A stretch of 64,000 nucleotides of DNA from an uncultured Gammaproteobacteria bacterium (GTDB lineage Bacteria > Patescibacteriota > Microgenomatia > Daviesbacterales > UBA10151), in the NCBI GenBank assembly GCA_964394855.1, contig CAYMZD010000003.1, forward strand, positions 22,607 through 86,606, in the 5' to 3' direction. The position numbers were made by a program, and so were the translations under genes. Of the stretch, positions 1-7,430 are shown in pieces. The notes beneath the pieces are model-generated. The model was not told where the DNA came from, did not search any database, and was given only the letters and a program-made list of their open reading frames with translations. How positions within the stretch are numbered: position 1 is the first letter of the stretch; the number at the start of each line of letters is the position of its first letter.

Positions 1-880
1 TTTTTTTTAATATTCTACTTAGATTAATAAGTATGTAAATGGGCGCTCTAAATGCTGCCATCGCTTGACCCTTAAAAGTTAAGTATCTTATGGTATTTAG
101 AATCACAAATAAGAATTTTAGCCAATTTAAATTAGTGAGAACTAATCTAGGAGGGTAGTTTTTTAAAACTGTCATCATTAAATTGCGAAAAGTCAGATAT
201 TCCATCAGTGGCAAATTTAAAGAAGAGGTGGCCATTCGCATATGATAAATTTTTGCTTTTGGTTCAAACCATCCCTTAAAACCTTGAAGTTGTGCCCGCA
301 AACAAAAATCAGCATCTTCCATATAGAAAAAAAAGTCCTCATCAAAAAACCCCACCCTTTTAAAAACCTCTCGCTTAAAAAGACTTCCCCCGCCACTGGT
401 TAAAAAAATATATCCTGGTTTATTAAATTTTATACTGTCTTTTTCCCCAACCCCCTTGGTAATCAAGTGGCCCACCACATCTATATCATCTCCAGCATTA
501 TCGATGATATTTCTTTTGTAAAAATTAAGCATCTTGGCAGAAACAAATCCTGTATCAAGATGGTTTTCGGCAGCTTCTACCAAATAATCAATACATCTTG
601 AATGAAGCTCTGTGTCATTATTCAATAAAAAAATATATTCTCCTTGGGCCTTTTTAATGCCTTTATTAACGGCCGTAGCAAACCCCAAATTTTGGGGAAG
701 TCTAATTACCTTAAAAAGAGGAAAGTTGTTTTCAATAAAATCTACTGAAGAGTCTGTTGACCCATTATCAACTATAATTACCTCAAAATTCTTAAGAGTT
801 TGTTTTACTAATGAGGGCAGACAAATTTTTAAAAGCTCTCTTCCATTCCAATTAGGAATAATGACCGATACTTTATTCAT
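1..880 (-). CDS. GT2 family glycosyltransferase (3'-partial, runs off window start)
   Basis: Not in the ORF track. Manual translation from ATG 880 (ATGA overlap with the upstream stop) gives MNKVSVIIPNWNGKELL...VDNGSTD...LLNNDT...FFDEDFFFYMEDADFCLRA, and the frame is open at the window edge. Confidence 0.88.
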   Translation of the reverse strand, partial: MNKVSVIIPNWNGRELLKICLPSLVKQTLKNFEVIIVDNGSTDSSVDFIENNFPLFKVIRLPQNLGFATAVNKGIKKAQGEYIFLLNNDTELHSRCIDYLVEAAENHLDTGFVSAKMLNFYKRNIIDNAGDDIDVVGHLITKGVGEKDSIKFNKPGYIFLTSGGGSLFKREVFKRVGFFDEDFFFYMEDADFCLRAQLQGFKGWFEPKAKIYHMRMATSSLNLPLMEYLTFRNLMMTVLKNYPPRLVLTNLNWLKFLFVILNTIRYLTFKGQAMAAFRAPIYILINLSRILKK

Positions 881-2730
881 TCCTTTAAAGTTACTTCTTC
901 GCTTTTTAAAGTTAGGTTGGGATTATAGTAAGGATCGTTTTGTAAAAGTTTCCCCCATTTTTGATGCATTAGTGCCACCTCCCTTAAAAATTCTTTTACC
1001 TTTCTTCCTCCTTCCCCTGGTTTACCAACTGATATTGATTCCCAATGTTTAAGGCAAGCTAGAGGTGTGTATAAATTATAAAGGCCTTTTTGAATGAGTT
1101 TGAGACAAAAATCAACATCATTAAAAGCTACTCTAAAAGAAGGGTCAAAGCCATTAACACTATCAAATTTTTGCCTGGAAACTAATAAACAAGCAGCAGT
1201 CACAGCAGATACATCCCTCATAGTATCAACCACTCTGGCATAACCGTTATTTACTTCTTTATTAAAGAAATTTTTAAATGGATGACCTGCTACCCCTTTT
1301 TTAACTAACCCTCCAGCAATCCCCAGAGTAACTCCCACATGTTGTATTCTCCCGTTGGGAAACAGCAGTTTACATCCAACAGCTCCAACTTCTGGGCGGA
1401 AGGCGTGTTCTAGCAAGCACTCTATCCAATCCGCAGTGAGAATTTCTGTATCATTATTTAAAAACAATAAATATTCCCCTTGGGCTGATTGAGCTCCAAA
1501 ATTACAAACAAGGGAGAAGTTAAACTGATCCTTCCAGTTGAAAACTTTTGTCCTTCTGTGTTGTTTTTTAATTTCATTATAAAGCTGCCACACTTTTTCG
1601 TCAGTTGATCCTGTATCTACAATTACCAGTTGAAAATTTTTATAGGTAGTTTTCTGTAAAATCGACCAAAGACACCTTTTGATAAAATGATATTGATTTT
1701 TGGTGGGAATAATAATTGAAACAAGAGGTAATTTTTTCAAGTTATATCTTAAATGCCAAAGACCAAGGTATTGGGATGGTAAAACTTTTCCTTTGTAGTT
1801 TCTCCTTTTCAAATCTTCTTCCAAAACTTTTTGTTGAACATTAAACGCATACATTTTATTCTTTTTAGCTCCTGTTTCTCCTGCTGATGATTGTTCGGAA
1901 ATTCTCCAGCTATACAAAACCTTCGGGATATGGGAAATCTTTTTAGTTAAAAAGATTATCCTTAAAAACAAATCCCAATCTTGGGCTCCTTCAAATCCTA
2001 TTCTAAAACCACCCACCTTTTTAATCAGACTGCGTCTTATCACTACCAAATGATTTAGATAATTAATGGAGCGAAGATAGTCGGGGCTCCAATCTGGCTT
2101 AAAAAAGGGGTCAAGATGCAACCTACTATCTGCTGTAACCTTATCTTCATCCGAATAAATCAAATCCGCTTGTCTTTGTTGATTAAGGAGTTTAACCACC
2201 TCATATAAAGCATTTGGCCACAAAATATCATCATGATCTAAAATGGCTACAAATTCACCGCTAGCCAACTTTAGTGCTGAATTAGAGGCTTGAGAGATGT
2301 GTCCATTTTGGGAGCGGAAAATAAACTTTATTCTGCTATCTTTTTTGGCATACTCTGCGATAATTTTTTTTATCTTGGGATTGCTTGAGCAATCATCTGA
2401 CAAACATAGCTCAAAATTGTCATACCATTGATTAATAACAGACTCAATACACTCACGTAGATATTTTTCCGGTGTATTAAAAGTGGGGGTAATAATGGAA
2501 ATTTTTGGTTGATATTTAATTTTTTTAAATTCTTTTTTTGAAGGATAGGTTTTTTTAAACCACTTTAAATACTGGGAATTCACAAAGGCGTTATAATCTT
2601 CCAAAATATCCTGCCTTTTTATTTTTAAAGCCACCACTTTTGGTCCTTGTGTCACCAAAGTAGTCAAAGCCTTAATAATTTTTTCCGGATGGGCCAGGGA
2701 AATTTTTGCTAATCTTGTAATTTCATCCAT
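877..2730 (-). CDS. Two-domain GT2 glycosyltransferase (ABC-exported glycan polymerase type)
   Basis: Two GT-A domains: SIITPTFN...DDCS...LDHDD...YSDED...QDWD and SIIIPTKN...LNNDT...AVTAAC...NDVDFC. Confidence 0.9.
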   Translation of the reverse strand: MDEITRLAKISLAHPEKIIKALTTLVTQGPKVVALKIKRQDILEDYNAFVNSQYLKWFKKTYPSKKEFKKIKYQPKISIITPTFNTPEKYLRECIESVINQWYDNFELCLSDDCSSNPKIKKIIAEYAKKDSRIKFIFRSQNGHISQASNSALKLASGEFVAILDHDDILWPNALYEVVKLLNQQRQADLIYSDEDKVTADSRLHLDPFFKPDWSPDYLRSINYLNHLVVIRRSLIKKVGGFRIGFEGAQDWDLFLRIIFLTKKISHIPKVLYSWRISEQSSAGETGAKKNKMYAFNVQQKVLEEDLKRRNYKGKVLPSQYLGLWHLRYNLKKLPLVSIIIPTKNQYHFIKRCLWSILQKTTYKNFQLVIVDTGSTDEKVWQLYNEIKKQHRRTKVFNWKDQFNFSLVCNFGAQSAQGEYLLFLNNDTEILTADWIECLLEHAFRPEVGAVGCKLLFPNGRIQHVGVTLGIAGGLVKKGVAGHPFKNFFNKEVNNGYARVVDTMRDVSAVTAACLLVSRQKFDSVNGFDPSFRVAFNDVDFCLKLIQKGLYNLYTPLACLKHWESISVGKPGEGGRKVKEFLREVALMHQKWGKLLQNDPYYNPNLTLKSEEVTLKE

Positions 2731-3449
2731 TTTCGATATTTATCAATCACTTTTTCCGATTTTCCATCATCAATAATCTTACCCTTATCTAAAAGGATCA
2801 CTCTTTGACAAAACCTTTGAACCAACTCCATGGAATGGGAGATGATCACAATTGTAACTCCATTTTGGTGAAACTGCTCCATTTTTTTTAAACATTTCTC
2901 TTGAAAACCAATGTCTCCCACAGCCAGTATTTCATCAACCAATAAAATCTCCGGATTGATGTGAATAGCAATGGAAAAGCCAAGTCTCATATACATCCCG
3001 GAGGAATAATGCTTAACTGGTGTGTCAATAAAGTCTGCAATTTCCGAAAAATCTACAATATCTTTAAATCTTTCATCTATCTCTTTTTTAGATAAACCCA
3101 GTATAGTACCGTTTAGGTAAATATTATCTCGGCCGGAAAGTTCGGGATGAAAACCAGCCCCCAGCTCAATCAAAGGACTAATTCTACCATTAACTTCTAT
3201 CTTACCTTTGTTGGGTGTCAGTACACCGGCTATTAATTTTAAAATTGTGCTTTTACCTGAACCATTAACTCCAATAATCCCTATTGATTGACCTATCGGA
3301 ACCTTAAAACTAGCATCTTTAAGAGCCCAAAATTCTTCTTGGGCTTGTGGTTTAAAAAAATCCAACAAAGCTTGCTTTAAAAAAAGCTTTCTGCCTTTTT
3401 TGAATTTTTTACCCACCTTATTAAAGGAAATGGCTATGTTATTTTTCAT
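2709..3449 (-). CDS. wzt: Polysaccharide ABC exporter ATP-binding subunit (Wzt/TagH-like, no C-terminal domain)
   Basis: Walker A GVNGSGKST, GAGFHPELSGRDN, YSSGM signature and LLVDE Walker B. Start moved to ATG 3449. Confidence 0.9.
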   Translation of the reverse strand: MKNNIAISFNKVGKKFKKGRKLFLKQALLDFFKPQAQEEFWALKDASFKVPIGQSIGIIGVNGSGKSTILKLIAGVLTPNKGKIEVNGRISPLIELGAGFHPELSGRDNIYLNGTILGLSKKEIDERFKDIVDFSEIADFIDTPVKHYSSGMYMRLGFSIAIHINPEILLVDEILAVGDIGFQEKCLKKMEQFHQNGVTIVIISHSMELVQRFCQRVILLDKGKIIDDGKSEKVIDKYRKWMKLQD

Positions 3450-3450
3450 A

Positions 3451-4212
3451 TTAAATGACATCGCCAAAAAATTTGTCTCTGGTTTTAAAATAAATATACC
3501 CCAAAATAAGTACCACAAAAGCTAAAGTGCCAGAATAGGCAAAACTTGACCAATCCGGACCAGTACCAAATAGAATAGTGTTTCTATAGGCATCAATGAT
3601 ACCTGTCATGGGGTTAAGGTAAAATAGCATTTTTAAATCAGCTGGTATCAACTCCGGTGAATAAATAACAGGAGTTAGATACATCCAGATAGTTAAAAAA
3701 ACACCTAAAACATTTTCCACATCCCTAAAAAAAACATTGGTGGCAGATAATATTAAAGATATCCCCACCATTAAAATAAGTTGAATTATAAATACCAGGG
3801 GGACAAAAATTAAACTTGGGTGAAACCTAATTTGGTATAAAATTAAAAAAAATATTAGTATTAAACTTGTTAATAGAAGATCAATCATTTTGGCTGAAAT
3901 GGCTGAAAAAGGAATAATTTCTCTGGGGAGCTTAACTTTGGTAATTAGACTGGCATTAGACATGATACTCCCTGTGGCAGCGGAGATAGAATTTGTTAAA
4001 AAAATCCAAGGAACCAGGGCCACAAATAAATAAATTGGGTAGGGAATGCTTCCTGTTGGTACTTTAAATAGATGGGAAAAAACAATACTTAAAACCAGTA
4101 AGTTTAAAAGGGGAACTAAAATAGCCCAGGCATAACCCAGAACAGACTGGTTATACCTGGCTTTTATTTCTCTAAAAGTGAGCTGCCAAAATAAATCTTT
4201 GTACTGCCACAT
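3451..4212 (-). CDS. wzm: Polysaccharide ABC exporter permease (Wzm/TagG-like, ABC-2)
   Basis: REIKARY..SVLGYAW, FRDV, YLTPVIY and LNPM motifs with about 6 TM segments. Start moved to ATG 4212 because the longer ORF runs through the tRNA. Confidence 0.9.
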   Translation of the reverse strand: MWQYKDLFWQLTFREIKARYNQSVLGYAWAILVPLLNLLVLSIVFSHLFKVPTGSIPYPIYLFVALVPWIFLTNSISAATGSIMSNASLITKVKLPREIIPFSAISAKMIDLLLTSLILIFFLILYQIRFHPSLIFVPLVFIIQLILMVGISLILSATNVFFRDVENVLGVFLTIWMYLTPVIYSPELIPADLKMLFYLNPMTGIIDAYRNTILFGTGPDWSSFAYSGTLAFVVLILGYIYFKTRDKFFGDVI

Positions 4213-4216
4213 ACTG

Positions 4217-4290
4217 TGCACGCGTCTGGATTCGAACCAGAGACCTCTTGCGTGTGATGCAAGCGCTCTAACCGACTGAGCTACGCATGC
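4217..4290 (-). tRNA. tRNA-Val (anticodon CAC), CCA not encoded
   Basis: Cloverleaf: acceptor GCATGCG/CGCGTGC plus discriminator A, D arm GCTC..GAGC, anticodon stem CTTGC/GCAAG with loop AT-CAC-AC, T arm TCTGG-TTCGAAT-CCAGA. Confidence 0.95.
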
Positions 4291-4304
4291 TCTGATTAAA
4301 TAAC

Positions 4305-4333
4305 ATTCTAGCATTACTACTATTGCATCTCAA
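4305..4333 (-). promoter_or_regulatory. Sigma70-type promoter for tRNA-Val/wzm/wzt
   Basis: TTGAGA-17 bp-TAGAAT with extended TGn. Confidence 0.6.
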
Positions 4334-4351
4334 GTCAAAATAAATTAAGCT
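4323..4351 (+). promoter_or_regulatory. Putative promoter for lepB (leaderless geometry)
   Basis: TTGCAT-17 bp-TAAGCT, 7 nt before ATG 4359. Confidence 0.4.
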
Positions 4352-4358
4352 TTTCTTT

Positions 4359-4967
4359 ATGGATGATAACCTTTATGCACCTAATATGGACTTTCCTCAA
4401 GAGAACTACCCTAAAAAAAGTCCCAACGGCTTTTCATCTCATTTGGTTGATTTTATTCAAACACTGGTCATCTTTGGAGCCATTTTTGCAGTCATTTATC
4501 TTTTTATTGCTCAACCTCACAAAGTTTCTGGGAACTCCATGCTGCCAAATTTTCAAAATGGAGACTATATTCTGACTGATAAAATATCTTACCGATTTAC
4601 TAGTCCCCAAAGAGGAGAAGTGATAGTTTTAAAAAATCCCCGAAATGAGGCTCAAGATTTTATTAAACGAATTATAGCTTTGCCACAAGATACTATTAAG
4701 ATAGAAAACAATTTTGTTTATGTTAATAATCAGAAAGTCACTGAACCATATTTACCAAATAATATTTCCAGTTCTGTGGAAGGTTTTTTAATGAATGGAG
4801 AAGAAATAGTAATGGCCTCAAATCAATATTTTGTCATGGGTGATAACAGAATGCACTCATCTGACTCTAGACAGTGGGGACCAGTGACCAGAGAAGAAAT
4901 TATCGGCAGAGTTTTTTTTAGATACTGGCCTCCATCAAAATTTGGGCTAATTAAGAATTATCCTTAA
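4359..4967 (+). CDS. lepB: Signal peptidase I
   Basis: VSGNSMLP (Ser), FIKRII (Lys), GDNR..SSDSR and one N-terminal TM. Confidence 0.95.
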   Translation: MDDNLYAPNMDFPQENYPKKSPNGFSSHLVDFIQTLVIFGAIFAVIYLFIAQPHKVSGNSMLPNFQNGDYILTDKISYRFTSPQRGEVIVLKNPRNEAQDFIKRIIALPQDTIKIENNFVYVNNQKVTEPYLPNNISSSVEGFLMNGEEIVMASNQYFVMGDNRMHSSDSRQWGPVTREEIIGRVFFRYWPPSKFGLIKNYP

Positions 4968-5805
4968 TATTAAAATACCCCACCACTGCCTTGTGTATCT
5001 CCTGTAAGGCTTCTGTTGTCTTTGGTGGAAAGCCCTCCACCGTGATCTCCAATCTAGCCTTTGTGCCTGTTTGGGTACATTTTACTCTGGATTTAATTGT
5101 TTGAGATAAAATATTAGTGAGGTCTTTTTCGATATTATCAACAGTTTCTGAAATTATATGCATTCCCGCCACCACAGCCGACTTTTTGGGACCCATACCA
5201 ACTTTAGCCCTCATTCGGCGAACCAATTCTTCTGTACCTCTCACAGATAAATTTCTCTTCAAGACTTCCTTATAAGCTTCTATTAGAAAATGAGGATCTT
5301 CCAACGCTGATAAGGCTCTGGCATGACCTTCGGTTGTTTGACCGGACATTAGAGCATCCTTGAGAGCATCTGGTAGAGTTAAAAGTCTAATGGTATTGGA
5401 GATATAGGAGGGGCTTTTGCTAACACGTTCCGAGATCTCGGAGTTACCCAGACCAAACTCATCCATTAATCTTTTATAAGCTTGAGCTCTTTCCAGCGGG
5501 TTTAAATCAACTCTTTGAACATTCTCCACAATAGCCATTTCTAACATACCCTGGGGAGTAGTTTCACGAATAACTACTGGTACTTTAACAAGACCTATTA
5601 GCTTAGCTGCTCTCCAGCGACGTTCCCCAGCCACAATCTGATACCCAGCTGGTGTTTTTGCTACTACCAGGGGCTCTAAAATACCATGTGCTCTGATCGA
5701 TTCAGCCAACTCTGATAGGGATTCAGGGGTAATCAGTCCCCGAGGCTGCAAAGGGTTTGGTTCAACCAAGTCAATATCCAATTCAAAAGTTTGTTCTTCC
5801 ATCAT
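4951..5805 (-). CDS. parB: ParB/Spo0J chromosome partitioning protein
   Basis: NPLQPR, GERRWRA, ENVQR.DLNPLE, HTH and GHARAL. Confidence 0.95.
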   Translation of the reverse strand: MMEEQTFELDIDLVEPNPLQPRGLITPESLSELAESIRAHGILEPLVVAKTPAGYQIVAGERRWRAAKLIGLVKVPVVIRETTPQGMLEMAIVENVQRVDLNPLERAQAYKRLMDEFGLGNSEISERVSKSPSYISNTIRLLTLPDALKDALMSGQTTEGHARALSALEDPHFLIEAYKEVLKRNLSVRGTEELVRRMRAKVGMGPKKSAVVAGMHIISETVDNIEKDLTNILSQTIKSRVKCTQTGTKARLEITVEGFPPKTTEALQEIHKAVVGYFNIKDNS

Positions 5806-6047
5806 AAAACATTAACAAGTATCTTGTTTTGCCTTTTTAAGAACTTAACTTGACCAGGGGAGACAGCAAAAATTGTGTAGTCGTTTCCCTGTTTTGTGCC
5901 AACTCCCGGGAAAACTTTATTACCTTTCTGCCTGACAATAATGTTTCCTGGTTTAACATTCTCTCCATCGAAAAGCTTCACGCCTAAACGTTTAGATATT
6001 GAATCTCTATTTGTTTTGGTTGTTCCTCCGCCCTTTTTGTGTGCCAT
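5802..6047 (-). CDS. rpmA: 50S ribosomal protein L27
   Basis: [19 protein letters not shown]...IIVRQKG. Confidence 0.97.
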   Translation of the reverse strand: MAHKKGGGTTKTNRDSISKRLGVKLFDGENVKPGNIIVRQKGNKVFPGVGTKQGNDYTIFAVSPGQVKFLKRQNKILVNVL

Positions 6048-6057
6048 GTTTGAGTTT

Positions 6058-6345
6058 TCACACCTGCCAAATCACTTTGACAATTTTTGCTCTTGATCCC
6101 CGCACTTTTCGATAATTGGCCTTCGCGTGAAACTTAGCCACTCTGGTTTTCCTGCCCTTTTCCTTACTTGTAACCTCAATAGGTAATTTAATATCAAGGT
6201 AAGGTTTACCTACTTGAAGTTTCCCATCCTCGGCTAAAAGAAGTACTTTAGTCTCAAATTTTTCTGGAGATGTTAAGGCTATCTCTTGTCCTGGACTAAT
6301 TTTATATTGTTTACCAGCAATTTCACAAATAGCATATTGCAACAT
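6058..6345 (-). CDS. rplU: 50S ribosomal protein L21
   Basis: [11 protein letters not shown]...[10 protein letters not shown]; sits next to rpmA. Confidence 0.92.
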   Translation of the reverse strand: MLQYAICEIAGKQYKISPGQEIALTSPEKFETKVLLLAEDGKLQVGKPYLDIKLPIEVTSKEKGRKTRVAKFHAKANYRKVRGSRAKIVKVIWQV

Positions 6346-6367
6346 GCCCCCAATTTTAAACCGAAAA

Positions 6368-7429
6368 CTACCTCATGTCAATCCTAGCCCGGTGACTCTC
6401 TACAGAAGCAAGTAGCCCCAGGGAGATAAGAGTACTGATGAGCGAACTTCCGCCATAGGAAATTAAAGGTAGGGTAATCCCCGTGATTGGCAGAAGACCG
6501 ATATTCATACCAATATTAACCACAGTCTGAAACATTAACACAGCACTCACTCCAATTGCTATCAGATACCCCAAATAATTTTGAGCTTGCAGTGCCACTT
6601 TTAGGCTATAGAAAATTAGAAAAAGGTAAATAATTATTATGATAAGCGTGCCCAAAAAACCTAATTCTTCTGCCATAGAGGCAAAAATAAAATCAGTCCT
6701 ATATTCTGGTAAAAATTGTAATCTACTTTGGGTACCATAACCCAAACCTCGGCCTAAAAATTGTCCAGAACCAACTGCAATAATAGATTGAATAGCCGTA
6801 TAGCCGACCTGGAGAGGATCACTGCCTGGTGACAAAAAAGTATTTATTCTTTGCTTCTGATAATCGTGTAGCGAAAGCCATACCACAGGCAAGATAAAGA
6901 CAAATAGCAGTATTAGGGTGAGCATTTTTTTTAGTGATATGTTGGAAGCAAAAAGCATAAACGACCACAAAGCTACGATGGTAATAGTCGTGCCTAAATC
7001 TGGCTGTTTAAATATCAGAAAAACAATTGGTAAGGTAAGCAGGATGCTTTTTAAAATATTAATCCATGTAGGTCGATTAAACGCCCAAAAAAAACTTAAA
7101 ACAAGTATCAAAACTGGTTTGGCAAATTCTGAAGGTTGAATATTAAAAATTCCCAAAGGAATCCAGCGAATAGAGCCCCGAGATTCTATTCCCAAGATAA
7201 AAACCAGGATAAGTAATAAAATTATCACAAAATAGCTTGGTTTAATAAAATTAACCAGAGTTTGATAATCTATTTCGGAAATTAAAAAATACAAAAATAT
7301 ACCAACGATGGCAAAAATAAGTTGCTGCAAGCCTAAGTTAAAAGAGGTGGAAAAAATGACAGATACACTAAAGGTTAAAAGCAAAAATAAACTGATTGTA
7401 ATTGGCCAATTTATGAATTTAAGCACCAT
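6368..7429 (-). CDS. rodA: SEDS peptidoglycan glycosyltransferase RodA
   Basis: GSIRWI, IQPSEFAK, QPDLGT, YQKQRI, FLPEYRTDFIF, GITLPLISYGGSS. Start is ATG 7429 or TTG 7444. Confidence 0.9.
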   Translation of the reverse strand: MVLKFINWPITISLFLLLTFSVSVIFSTSFNLGLQQLIFAIVGIFLYFLISEIDYQTLVNFIKPSYFVIILLLILVFILGIESRGSIRWIPLGIFNIQPSEFAKPVLILVLSFFWAFNRPTWINILKSILLTLPIVFLIFKQPDLGTTITIVALWSFMLFASNISLKKMLTLILLFVFILPVVWLSLHDYQKQRINTFLSPGSDPLQVGYTAIQSIIAVGSGQFLGRGLGYGTQSRLQFLPEYRTDFIFASMAEELGFLGTLIIIIIYLFLIFYSLKVALQAQNYLGYLIAIGVSAVLMFQTVVNIGMNIGLLPITGITLPLISYGGSSLISTLISLGLLASVESHRARIDMR

Positions 7430-7430
7430 T

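Noticed and set aside
612-1052. Plus-strand 146-aa ORF and the many other short antisense or nested ORFs in the track
   Set aside because: They lie opposite or inside well-supported genes and have no recognisable motifs, so they are shadow ORFs.
4213-4314. N-terminal extension of the wzm ORF (MLECYLIRACVAQSVRALASHARG...)
   Set aside because: It is read-through of the tRNA-Val gene; permease similarity begins at MWQYKDL.
6120-6133. parS-like sequence CCTTCGCGTGAAAC in rplU (and GTTTCACGAATAAC in parB)
   Set aside because: Three or more mismatches to the palindromic parS consensus, and explained by coding sequence.
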